The notes beneath the pieces were generated by a model. That model searched no databases. It was not told the origin of the DNA and saw only the letters and a list, made by a program, of their open reading frames with translations. Shown piece after piece: positions 29,951 to 39,447 of a DNA stretch of 64,000 bases (position 1 is the stretch's first letter; each line of letters starts with the position of its first letter). The translations under genes and the position numbers were made by a program. Source of the stretch: an uncultured Thermoleophilia bacterium (GTDB lineage Bacteria; Actinomycetota; Thermoleophilia; UBA2241); the NCBI GenBank assembly GCA_963707855.1, contig CAVPRQ010000017.1, positions 33,040 to 97,039 of the forward strand, given 5' to 3'.

Positions 29951-30787
29951 CTAGAGGTAGCGCTCGACGATCCCCCTGATGAACGGGTTGAGGACGTCGT
30001 GCGTGTGGCCGTAGATCGAGCAGTGGCCCATGCCGGCGAACTCGTGGTAGTGGCCGTCGCCGGCAGCTCCGCCACTTCCATGTTGTCCTGCGGCACCGCC
30101 TGCACGTCCTGCTCGAAGGCGATGACGTGCATCGGCACCCGGCAGCCGGGCAGCCGCTCGGTCTGGTCGAAGGGCACGCACGGCAGCCACTGGGCGATCA
30201 GGGAGTCCTCCTCGCCGCCGGTCTCGTAGTACTCGATCAGGTCGTCGCGCAGCTTCGGCCAGAGCTCGCGGTCGCCCAGCACCTTCGCCGGGTAGTACAT
30301 CGCCGCGTAGTGCATGGCGGCCATCATCGCCGACGCAGGCCGGCGAAGCCGTGTCCCGCGCGCGCCACTCGATCTCGGCCATCTGGTAGTCCCAGGTCCA
30401 GCCGACGCTCCTCGCGCCGGTCCCCATCGGGATGGCGACGCGCACGAGGTCGGGGTGGTCGATCGCGACCTGCTGCACGATGCCGGCGCCGAAGGAGAGC
30501 CCGACGAGGGCGACGGGAGGGTCGCAGACGGCCTCGATCAGGTCGGCGATGTCCTGGGCGAAGCCCTCGATCGGCCACGGCTGGGGAGCGTCGCAGACCG
30601 TCGTGCCGACGCCGCGGGTGTCGGAGGTCGTGTTGCGGAACCCGTCCTGAAGTAGGGCAGCTGGTAGGCGTCCCAGGAACCGGCCGTCCCCCCGGCGCCC
30701 GAGACCCAGACGATGTCGGGCCCCTCGCCGACCTGCTCGTAGTGGATCGTCGCCTGCGAACCCTGGAGCGGCAGTGGTCTCCGGCAC
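29951..30787 (-). CDS. Alpha/beta hydrolase fold protein; at least 3 frame breaks
   Basis: Join of 29951..30787 and the N-terminal part of 28504..30327. ...ATIHYEQVGEGPDIVWVSGAGGTAGSWDAYQLPYF, FRNTTSDTRGVGTT, nucleophile elbow ALVGLSFGAGIVQ, C-terminus HYHEFAGMGHCSIYGHTHDVLNPFIRGIVERYL*. Confidence 0.7.
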   Translation of the reverse strand: MPETTAAPGFAGDDPLRAGRRGARHRLGLGRRGDGRFLGRLPAALLQDGFRNTTSDTRGVGTTVCDAPQPWPIEGFAQDIADLIEAVCDPPVALVGLSFGAGIVQQVAIDHPDLVRVAIPMGTGARSVGWTWDYQMAEIEWRARDTASPACVGDDGRHALRGDVLPGEGAGRPRALAEAARRPDRVLRDRRRGGLPDRPVAAVRALRPDRAAARLPGADARHRLRAGRAGGAAGQHGSGGAAGDGHYHEFAGMGHCSIYGHTHDVLNPFIRGIVERYL

Positions 30788-30928
30788 CTGGTCCCTCGCC
30801 TCGATCGGTCGCCGAAGATGCTTCAGTCTCGGCGAGGGCGACGCACGTCAACGGGTAGGATTCCATTGTGGAATCGCCGGTCGCGGAGGGCGGCGCGAGG
30901 TGACGCGTCCAAGCGATGCGGAGAGGTC

Positions 30929-31401
30929 GTGCACGGCGTGGCAGTCAAGCTCGACGACGTCGATCGCCGCATCATCCTGCTCCTCCAGGAAGACGGACGA
31001 TGTCGGCGCGCGAGATCAGCCGCCGGATGGGCGACATCGGTGACCGCGCCGTGCGCTACCGCATCGATCGCCTGCTGCGCTCGGGGGCGATCTCGATCAT
31101 CGCGGTCGTGAGCAGCAAGCAGATCGGCTACCCGGTGCTCGGCGACGTCATCCTCGAGGTGCCGCCGGCGAGCGTGCGCGAGGTTCTGGCGGCCCTGACC
31201 GACGATGAGCTCGTCTGCTACCTGGGAGCCGACCTCGAGCGCGGCACCGTCACACTCCAGATCGCGGCCCGGGACGAGTACGAGTTCCGGGCCTGGGTGA
31301 GCTCGCTGGTCAAGAGCATCGACGGCGCCGCGATAGTCAAGAGCACCCTGGTGCGACAGGTCACCAAGGGCTCCGACCAGTGGCCGCCGCCGCGGGACTG
31401 A
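30929..31401 (+). CDS. Lrp/AsnC family transcriptional regulator; 1 frame break
   Basis: GTG 30929/30938 after GGAGAGG: VHGVAVKLDDVDRRIILLLQEDGR (frame of 30818..31111). This joins SAREISRRMGDIGDRAVRYRIDRLLRSGAISIIAVVSSKQIGYPVLGDVILEV... (ORF 30916..31401). Confidence 0.72.
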
Positions 31402-31764
31402 GCGCGCGGCTCACCTGATACCCTCACCTGGCCGCGGCCACGAAGGCCTCGACGAGCTCGTCCATGACCTTCCTGACGTTCGCCGGCAGCGGCGCCGGCT
31501 CGTGGCTCCGCGCGCTCCCCCCGACGGGGTGCTTCAGCGGGCTGACCGGCTCGATGAGGCCAGCACTCGCCTGAGCCGCCTGAGTATTCACAGTCGGTCT
31601 GCGGACACAAGAGGCACGGGGCCCCGCGGCAGGCCGCGCCCAGACGACGCTCAGCCGTGACGACCGGCTCCCCTTCGTTGGGAGGCAGGGCCGATGATAG
31701 ACACCCCGTGCGGCCGGTTGATACGGTTGGAACGACCTTCCCGCCGATCCCGGAGACGCCCGTC

Positions 31765-33665
31765 ATGACACCGTCCGCGCCCCGTCCCAGGTCCTCCTCG
31801 GCCCGTCCCGCCGCAGCGGCGCGGGCTTCGACTGTGCCGGTCGACGTCGCCATGCTGCGGCGGGTGGTGGACACGATCTCGTCGGTCGGGTCTCATCCGC
31901 TGGGCTTCCGTGCGACCGGCACGCCGGAGGACCATGAGGTGACCGACTTCGTCGCCGCGGAGATGCGCGCCATCGGGCTGGCGAACGTCGGGTTCGAAGA
32001 CGTCCCGGTCGACGCGTGGCGGTTTCGGGGTGCGTCGGTCAGCGTCGAGGGCGGCAGCCGGTTCGAGTGCGCCTCCCTGGCGGGCGTGCCGGCGACGCCC
32101 GCGTGCCGGCGTGACCGGCGAGCTCGTGTTCGTCGGCGACGGGCGGCGCGATCGCCTCGACCGCCTGGACCTTGCCGGCAAGGTCGCGCTGGTCGACTGG
32201 CGACGCGCGTCGGTGTGGATCAGCGAGATCGGCCTCGAGCTCGGGATGCGCGGAGCGGCGGCGATCGTCGTCGCGTGCCTCGACGGAGGAGCGCGGTTCC
32301 AGGGCCCGGACGCGCTCGGCACGTCGGTGGCGCGATGGCACCCCGCCGCGCCGCCGCTGGTCACGATCCGCAAGGCCGACGGGCTCGAGCTCGTCGAGCT
32401 CTGCCGGTCCGGGACGCCCCGAGTCACCGTCGTCCTGGACGTCGAGATCGACCGCGAGGCGAGGGGGCGGAACGTCGTCGGCGTTCTCTCCCCCGAGAAG
32501 CGCGGCGCGCCGATCGTCGTCGGCGCGCATCACGACGGCTGGTTCTCCGGCGCGTTCGACAACGCCAGCGGCGTCGCCTCGATGCTCGCGATCGCCAAGG
32601 CGCTCGTCGAGGCGGACTGGCGGCCGAGCCGTCCCATCTGGTTCGTCTCCCACACCGCCGAGGAGTACGGCCGGCTCGACGACGACACGCCGTGGTGCTT
32701 CGGCGCGTGGCACCAGGTCGCGCGTCGCGCACCGCGAGTGGGGATCGGCGGTGCCGTTCTACCTCGACCTCGAGGCATCGGGCCGTCCCGAGTTCCCGCT
32801 CCTGGTCCTCGGTCCCGTCGAGCTGCGCCGCTTCGCCACTCGCTGGTGTCGCAGGGCCGAGCGGGAGGGGCTGCTGCCCCCAGGCTGGCGCTTCGCCGGT
32901 CCTTCCACAGGCACCCACCAGTGGCCGTTCCAGCTCGCGGGCGTTCCGGGACTGAGTCTCTTCAACTGGAACACGGTCTTCCAGCGCACCGACTACCACA
33001 CGACGAACGACACCATCGACAGGCTCGACTTCGCGCACCTGTCGAATCTCTCTCGCCTGCACGCCGCGCTGCTCGTCGCCGCCGAACGGTCGGTCGATGA
33101 GCACGCCCTGCTCGACTATCGGGCGCGCGCCCGCGACGTCGAGCGCGCCACGCGATCGCTCCCCGACCACGAACGGCTGGCGCGGGCGGCGGAGGAGTAC
33201 GCCCGGAACGGCTCGAGACGCTCGTTCGCGCGGCTTGCCCGGTCAGGGTTCACCGTCGACGCCCAGGGCGAGACCGGCTACGTGCACGAGCAGGCGCTGC
33301 GAGACGTCCGCCACCTCGACGCGGCGCTGGAACAGATCGATGCGGGCGATCTCCGCGCCGCCGCGCGCGCCGCTTCCCGGGTGGGAGCGAACGACCTCCA
33401 GCGCTGGGTCTCGCACGAGGTCCAGATCAGGACCGAGCAGCGTCGCCTCACGACCCGCGGCTCCTGGTCGGAGAAGAGCCATCCGACCCGCAGCCCGGAC
33501 CTGTGGGCGGAGATCGCCGCCTTGCGGGGGGAGCGCGGCGCGCGCCCGTTCGGGCCGTGGGTGAAGCGCTCGCTGGAACATCACCGAGTGCGCATGGACG
33601 CCGAGGTCGGTCGACGGACGGCCCGGCTGGCCTCCGCTTTGTCCCCGGGTGCAGAACCGCGATGA
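31765..33665 (+). CDS. M28-family metallopeptidase with PA domain and long helical C-terminal extension; about 3 frame breaks
   Basis: Join of 31657..32955 (from ATG 31765), 32030..33100 and 32172..33665. GTPEDHEVTDFVAAEMRAIGL, GELVFVGDG...LAGKVALVDW (PA-like), NVVGVLSPEKRGAPIVVGAHHDGWFSGAFDNASGVASMLAIAKAL, FVSHTAEEYG, DYHTTNDTIDRL. Confidence 0.68.
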
Positions 33666-33767
33666 GGCCGCCGCGAGAGGCGGAGGCGTGCAGCTCAGGC
33701 GAAGGTCAAGCCGCGTCCGCGACGGTCGCTTCTCTTGTTTGAAAGCATGGAGACTCCATGTCATCGG

Positions 33768-35195
33768 CTAGTCTGACCGTCTGGGGCGAGCGCGAGGGGG
33801 TTCGAACAGGTGACGTCGCAACGCGGCCGTCAACACGCGCACGTCGTCGAGCGCGGAGAGACTCTCGGCCAGTCCGCAGATCTCCTCGCTCGCCGGCTGT
33901 GTGAGGACCCGGCGCGTCGCCCAGTGGAACTTGTCTCTCATGCGTTCGGTGGTCCAGGACGACTCGTCGCCGCGCGCAAGCGACACGATCCCCGAGTCCA
34001 GCACCGTGCCGTCCTTGAGCTCGATGAGGACGCGTGCGCCCTCCCGCCCCTGCGGAGAGCCGGTCTCTGCCAGCCAGAACAGGCGATCCAGCTCGGCGGA
34101 CTCGAGCAACTCGACGCGAGCGGCGAGATCGCGGATGCCCTCGTCGGTCATCCGATCCTCGGCCACCTGCGCCGGGCTGACATCGCCGTCGACGATGAGG
34201 GCCGCTATCGGCCACGCCATGTTGAACTGCGCCTCCTCGGTGGTGACCGAGGACCTTGCCCCGAGAAGGCGCGAGTCGTGGTGCGCTTCGACGGCGATCC
34301 GGGACACTTCGTCGGCCGCGAAGGGCGTCGTGGCGATGATCGCCGCGACGGCGTCCAGCGCGGGATGAACCCACCAGCAGCACGCGTACCGCTTCCATTC
34401 CAGACCGCGACCCATGATGAGATAGCTGACGCCCAGGTCGTTGACGCGATCGGCCAGGCGCTCCAGCTCGAGCAGACTCGGGATACCCGTGAAGCCGCGC
34501 GCGGCCAAGCGGGCAGACATCACGCCCGTGAGCGCCGCCGGGCCATGCCCGTGCTTGACCATCGCCGGGTGCCGGACGTCCTGGAGCAGCTCGACATGGG
34601 GTGCGTGGTACTCAGCGATACCCAGGGCGTGGCATGTCTCGCTCTCGCCAAGCCCCGACAGCCGAGCGGCGACGGCGGCACAGGCCACTGCACCCCAGGC
34701 GCCGCAGCCACGATAGTCGCGATCTGGACTCACCGGCACGTCGGCGTACATGCCGATCCCCGTCAGCGCCGCGATCTCGTAGCCGACCAGCATCGCCGTC
34801 AGCAGGTCCTGCCCCGACGCGCCTACCTCCTCCGCCAGAGCCAGCGCCGTCGGGAAGACCTGAGCCCCCGCATGACCCCAGACGTGCACGCCGACGTCAT
34901 CGATGTCGTAGGCGTTGGCCGCCACAGCGTTGGCGAAGGCGCTGCCTTCGGCTGCGGTGCGCCGAGCATCGGCGACGAGGGTCGTGGCGCCCGCCGCGAA
35001 CGTGGCGGCCGCGTAGTCGGCGGCGATCCGCGAGGATCTCGCAGGCGCGCCGGAGAGCACAGCCGCGAGATCGTCGAGCGCGGCGAGCGATGTCTTGTGT
35101 CTGACGTCGTCCGGCACGTCATCCCACTGAAGCGAAGTGATGAACGAACTGAGGCGCTTTGCCTGTGTTGCAGATGGTTCGCCGCGCCGAGTCAT
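33768..35195 (-). CDS. MmgE/PrpD family protein (2-methylcitrate dehydratase-like)
   Basis: ORF 33768..35348 read from ATG 35195. MTRRGEPSATQAKRLSSFITSLQWDDVPDDVRHKTSLAALDDLAAVLSG..., ANAYDIDD, GHAGAQVFPTALALAE. Uninterrupted. Confidence 0.8.
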   Translation of the reverse strand: MTRRGEPSATQAKRLSSFITSLQWDDVPDDVRHKTSLAALDDLAAVLSGAPARSSRIAADYAAATFAAGATTLVADARRTAAEGSAFANAVAANAYDIDDVGVHVWGHAGAQVFPTALALAEEVGASGQDLLTAMLVGYEIAALTGIGMYADVPVSPDRDYRGCGAWGAVACAAVAARLSGLGESETCHALGIAEYHAPHVELLQDVRHPAMVKHGHGPAALTGVMSARLAARGFTGIPSLLELERLADRVNDLGVSYLIMGRGLEWKRYACCWWVHPALDAVAAIIATTPFAADEVSRIAVEAHHDSRLLGARSSVTTEEAQFNMAWPIAALIVDGDVSPAQVAEDRMTDEGIRDLAARVELLESAELDRLFWLAETGSPQGREGARVLIELKDGTVLDSGIVSLARGDESSWTTERMRDKFHWATRRVLTQPASEEICGLAESLSALDDVRVLTAALRRHLFEPPRARPRRSD

Positions 35196-35224
35196 GAGAC
35201 GCACCTCCATCGGCGATGGGCCGG

Positions 35225-35329
35225 TCAGTACCGGATCCGCGGGTTCAGGTAGGCGTAGACGATGTCCGCCGCCCGGTTGGAGAGCATGACGATCTCCACG
35301 ATGACCATCGTCGTTGCCTCGATGAGCGG
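35225..35329 (-). pseudogene. Remnant: last ~34 codons of a DppB/OppB-type ABC permease
   Basis: The end of ORF 35225..35422 reads ...LPLIEATTMVIVEIVMLSNRAADIVYAYLNPRIRY*. This is the characteristic C-terminus (D-x-x-Y-x-x-x-D/N-P-R-I-R-Y) of peptide ABC permeases. The upstream part of the ORF is non-homologous and Arg-rich, and no rest of the gene is present. Confidence 0.55.
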
Positions 35330-35592
35330 CAGATCGCGCCGCCCACACTCAATCGGTCTCCGACCCCAGTGGGGCCGACTAGGAAACCTAGCATACGCGC
35401 GCCGAGGGCGGGCGCCCGACAACGCTGCCCGATGACTCGCCGGCCGCTGCCGACCGGACCATCGGCGTTCGATGATGGCGCGGGGCCGGCTCTTCGCTAG
35501 CCGAAGGGATCCCGGGACTCCCCGCTCGCGCGAAGGTCGCCCGGCGAGGAGGCTCGAGGGGCGTGCTCCGTTCCGCCGTGTAGAGTAGGGCT

Positions 35593-36779
35593 GTGGACGC
35601 GACCGCGATCGACCTCTTCCAGCCCTACAGCCTCGGCCGCCTGAGGCTCCCCAACCGGTTCGTGCGCAGCGCGACGACGAGCGCGTACGCCGACGAGCGC
35701 GGCGTCGTACGGCCCGAGATGCTCCGGCGCTACGAGGAGCTTGCCCGAGGGAAGATCGGTCTGATCGTCAAGGGTCACCTCTACGTAGACCCAGCGGGGC
35801 AAAGCCCACGCCGGCATGGCGGGCGCCAGCGACGACGCGCACGTCCCCGGGCTCGCCCAGATCACCGCCGCCGTCCACCGCGAGGGCGGGCGGATCGTCG
35901 CGCAGATCAACCACGGCGGCTGCGAAGCGGAGGCGGGCGAGCGCATGGGCCCCAGCGACTTCCGGACAGCGACGTGGAGTGCCCGCGCCATGGACGGCGG
36001 CGAGATCCGCGACGTGATCCGGGCCTTCGGGGAGGCGGCGCGGCGCTGCCTGGACGCCGGCTTCGACGGCGTCCAGATCCACGCCGCGCACGGCTACCTC
36101 GTCAGCCAATTCCTGAGCGAGCTGGTCAACCGGCGCACCGACGAGTGGGGCGGGAGTCTGACGAACCGCCTGCGCCTCCTGCGCGAGATCTACCTCGAGC
36201 TGCGCGCGCGCCTCGGCGACCACGTGCCCATCGGCGTGAAGCTGAACTGCGATGACTTCAGCCCGAACGGCTTCACGGTCGAGGAAGCGGCCGCGGTCGC
36301 GGGCGAGCTGTCGCGGCTCGGTATCGACCTCATCGAGGTGAGCGGCGGCGGCCTCGGTGAGGAGGCGCGCCTCCGCACGCGGGCGCGCTCGGACGACCCC
36401 GCTCTCGCCGAGGCGAGCTTCGCCGGCCACTGTGCGAGGATCCGCGCGGCCACCGGGTCGACCCCGCTGGCCCTCGTTGACGGCCTGACGAGCCTGACGG
36501 GCATGCAGGCCATCGTCGACCAGGGTCTCGCCGACCTCGTCAGCCTTTGCCGGCCGTTCATCAGGGAGCCGGACCTCGTCAGGAAGCTCGCCGCCGGCCA
36601 GCCTGAGGCGACCTGTACGCGGTGCGACGGGTGCTTCGACACCTTCGGGGTGGTGATGCTGCGCTGCGTGCTGGATCGACCTCTCGCCAAGGCCGCGGGA
36701 CTCGCCGCTCTCGCTGACGACGACCGGACAGCCTTCGAGTGCCGCGGCAACCCGGGCATCGAGGGCGCGAGTGCACTAG
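35593..36779 (+). CDS. Old Yellow Enzyme-family FMN oxidoreductase with C-terminal CxxCxxCx10C motif (TMADH/2,4-dienoyl-CoA reductase N-domain type); 1 frame break, 3' end uncertain
   Basis: Join of 35593..36255 (GTG; MDATAIDLFQPYSLGRLRLPNRFVRSATTS...) and 35816..37444 (HAGMAG..., VAQINHGG, DGVQIHAAHGYLVSQFLSELVNRRTDEWGGSLTNR, CRPFIREPDLVRKL, ATCTRCDGCFDTFGVVMLRC). As assembled there is no stop before the MttB ATG at 36815. The TAG at 36777-36779 is in another frame. Confidence 0.72.
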
Positions 36780-36814
36780 ACTCCTTCCGGACGAGCTTCG
36801 AGCGGAGGACACAT

Positions 36815-38391
36815 ATGACCGCCACGCTGCAGCTGCTGACCGCCAACGACCGCGCCGAGCTGCACGAACGCTCGCTGCGCGTGCTCTCCACCGTGGGGAT
36901 GCGCGTCGACACCGACGCGGGCCGGCGCATCCTCAGGGATGCCGGGGCCCGCGTCGACGAGTCGACGCGCATCGTCCGCTTCCCTCCCGAGCTCGTCGAG
37001 CAGTCGCTCGCGCTCGCCCCGAAGCGCTTCTCGCTCGGCGGCCGCGATCCCGGCTTCGAGTTCCCCCTGAACACCGGGCAGGCGACGCTGCTCAACGGCG
37101 GCGGCGGCGAGCACGTCGTCGACTTCCGCAGCGGCGAGACTGCGCCTCGGCACGCAGGGAGGACTGGGCGAGATCACGCGCCTCATCGACGCGCTGCCCG
37201 AGATCGGCATCGGCTGGGTCGGCGCCGGCCGACTGGACCAGCCACGATGAGCCCACGCCGGCCATCGCCGTCGCCGAGACGGCCGAGGTCACGCGCCTCT
37301 TCTCGCGTCACCAGAACACGTCGTTCGACGAACCCGAGTTGGCGCCGTGGTGGCTCGAGACGCTGGCGATCGTCCACGGGGGTCGCGACGAGGTCGCCCG
37401 CCGCCATCCGGTCTCGTTCCTCTTCACGCCGGTCTCGCCGCTGATCGTCGAAGGTCCCTCGTTCGACACCTGGCTGGCGATGCGCGGCTGGGACATCCCG
37501 GTGATGGTCATGCCCATGCCGCTGATGGGCGCCACCTCGCCGGGCAGCCGTCTGGGGACCATCCTCTCGACCAACTGCGAAGTGCTCGGCATGCTCTGCC
37601 TGGTGCAGGCGGCCGAGCCCGGCACGCCTTTCGTCTACGCGCCGATCATCGCCTCGGTCGACCCGCGCAGCGGCCGCTACGCCGGCGGCGCGGCACTCAC
37701 CTCGCTGAGCTGCGGCGGCACCGAGATGGCGCGCCACTACGACCTGCCTGTCTGCAGCCACGCCTTCAGCTGCGACGCCTGGGTGCCCGGCACACAGGCC
37801 GCCTACGAGAAGGCCTTCGGCATGCTGCTCGCCGGGCTCTCGTGGCCCGACATCCTCGTCGGACCCGGCGTGCTGGCGGGGGGACTTTCGTTCGGCCTCG
37901 AGCAGCTCGTCATCGACGTCGAGATCTGGCGCATGTGCCGCGCGGCGCACGACGGCATCGCCACCGGCGCCGACCGCTGGCTCGAGGACGTGCTCGAGAG
38001 CGTCGGCCCCGGCGGCAACTTCGTGGGCGAGCGCTCGACGCGGAGCGGCATGCGCAGCGACGAGTGGTTCGTGCCGCGGCTCGGGACGCAGGACGCCCGC
38101 GAGGTCTGGGAGGCGGCCGGCCGGCCCGACGTCGTCGACGAGGCGCGGCAGAAGGTGGCGGACATCCTCGCCGCACACGAGGCGACGCCGTGGGACGAGG
38201 ACGTCGAACGCGCGCTGGCGGCCCTCGAGGCGCGCGGCGGCGCTGTAGTCGCGCGGTCCGTCTCTCTCGGCGCAGCGCAGGGAGAACTCGCCGGTCGTGC
38301 GGTCCAGACAGGCCGTCGGGCCGTCGATCAGCTGACGCGCGTCGTCAGACGGGCTCGCTCCGCCGCCCGGGCCGGGTCAGGCTATCCTTGA
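36815..38391 (+). CDS. MttB-superfamily (trimethylamine methyltransferase-like, non-pyrrolysine) protein; at least 2 frame breaks
   Basis: ATG 36815 with GGAGG 7 nt upstream. MTATLQLLTANDRAELHERSLRVLSTVGMRVDTDAGRRILRDAGARVDE... (frame 35816..37444), then ORF 36739..38391: ...SFLFTPVSPLIVEGPSFDTWLAMRGWDIPVMVMPMPLMGATSPGS..., GPGGNFVGERSTRSGMRSDEWF. Paralogous to 59158..60579. Confidence 0.78.
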
Positions 38392-38443
38392 GTCGCACGG
38401 CACAAGCGAGTCCGGTCTGATCGCCGGCGACGCGCGCCCCGCG

Positions 38444-38710
38444 TCACTCCTTCTTCGCGGAGCGTCGCCGGATCAGCAGCGCCGCCGTGGCAGCCGACAC
38501 GACGATCCCGGCGACGACGGGTCCGACCTTGGCCGCTTTCTTGCCCGCCTGCTTGACGCGCCGTTTGCCGGCGTCCAGGGCCTCATCGAGCTCGCCGCGC
38601 AGTGATTCGAACGAACTGTCCAGCCCGGCACGCTCGGTCTCGATGTCGGCGAGGATCTCGCCAGGCCGGCGTTCGGGGGCCTTGGCCTCGGTGTCGGGGA
38701 TGTCGCTCAT
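38444..38710 (-). CDS. DUF3618 domain protein (C-terminal TM helix)
   Basis: 88-aa ORF. PGEILADIETERAGLDSSFESLRGELDEALDAGKRRV...VGPVVAGIVVSAATAALLI. Confidence 0.7.
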   Translation of the reverse strand: MSDIPDTEAKAPERRPGEILADIETERAGLDSSFESLRGELDEALDAGKRRVKQAGKKAAKVGPVVAGIVVSAATAALLIRRRSAKKE

Positions 38711-38740
38711 GAGTCTCTCGCCTCCGCTTCGGATGGCGGC

Positions 38741-39247
38741 TCAGGGGGCTCGTCGCCCTGGCTCGGGGGCTCCGGCATCGGCGCGGGGGCCGGCGGTGCC
38801 GCAGGCGGCGCCCCCGGGCGTTCGCCGGGGCGCGACCCTGGCGCGCACGCCGGTCGCCGTCTCACGCACGTTCGCCTTCATCAGATCCGCCGTCTTCCTT
38901 GCCTCTGCCAGCGCCGTCTGCGACGCCTCCTGCTTGGCCTGTTGCACCTGGCCACGGCCGACGAGCGCCAAGATCGCCACGATGATGGAGAGGACCACCG
39001 TGACGATCAGCAGCGACAGCCACAACGGCAGCACCAGCGCCAGGGCGACGGCGATCGTCGCCAGGGCAAAGCCGAGCGCGTAGAGCGCGAGCACACCGGC
39101 GCCGACGAAGAGGGCGATCGCGGCGCCGAACCGGCGCCCCTTCTCCTTGAGCTCACTGACGAGCAGCTCGCGGTTGAGCCGCGCGAGGCGTTGCCCGCGA
39201 TCGCGGATGTCGGTGACGGAGGCCACCAGTCGTTCGCGCAATGTCAT
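38741..39247 (-). CDS. Actinobacterial holin-X (holin superfamily III-like) membrane protein
   Basis: ORF 38741..39388 read from ATG 39247 (GAGGGGG upstream). MTLRERLVASVTDIRDRGQRLARLNRELLVSELKEKGRRFGAAIALFVGAGVLALYALGFALATIAVALALVLPLWLSLLIVTVVLSIIVAILALVG... Confidence 0.7.
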   Translation of the reverse strand: MTLRERLVASVTDIRDRGQRLARLNRELLVSELKEKGRRFGAAIALFVGAGVLALYALGFALATIAVALALVLPLWLSLLIVTVVLSIIVAILALVGRGQVQQAKQEASQTALAEARKTADLMKANVRETATGVRARVAPRRTPGGAACGTAGPRADAGAPEPGRRAP

Positions 39248-39403
39248 GCTGCCCCCTCTCGCCCACTGATCGAGGGCTCGCGGCTCTGCACCATGCCGCA
39301 CCGAGACCTGAGTCGCCGCGAGCCTACCCACATGCCGAAGCCGGGCAAACCACTCCTGCGGCATGCGGGACGCGGCGGCGACCGGCACGACGAGACGGGA
39401 TAC

Positions 39404-39447
39404 TGGTGCTCCCGGCTGGATCCGAACCAGCTACACCGAGGTGGACG
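39404..39447 (-). other. tRNA 3'-half-like fragment (T-arm, acceptor 3' strand, encoded CCA); not a complete tRNA
   Basis: The minus strand reads ...GTGTA GCTGG TTCGGAT CCAGC CGGGAGC A CCA. That is a 5-bp T stem, a canonical 7-nt T-loop-like TTCGGAT, a 7-nt acceptor strand, a discriminator and CCA. The 50 nt upstream contain no complementary GCTCCCG and do not fold into D or anticodon arms. Confidence 0.45.

Noticed and set aside
31424-31591. A 55-codon minus-strand ORF (VNTQAAQASAGLIEPVSPLKHPVGGSARSHEPAPLPANVRKVMDELVEAFVAAAR) in the Lrp/M28 intergenic region.
   Set aside because: The G/C-rich third positions are suggestive. However, it has no recognisable family, no clear RBS, and a short length in stop-poor DNA, so the evidence is insufficient to call a gene.
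36815-38391. Pyrrolysine (in-frame TAG) decoding in the MttB homologues, including 59158..60579.
   Set aside because: Neither gene needs an internal TAG to be read. MttB-2 is a continuous 473-codon ORF, and the interruptions in MttB-1 are frame shifts, not amber codons. No pyl genes are seen.
38444-39247. A prophage or lysis cassette, suggested by the 'phage holin' family name.
   Set aside because: The DUF3618 + holin-X pair is a common chromosomal actinobacterial membrane-protein pair. No endolysin, capsid, tail, terminase or integrase genes are present anywhere in the window.
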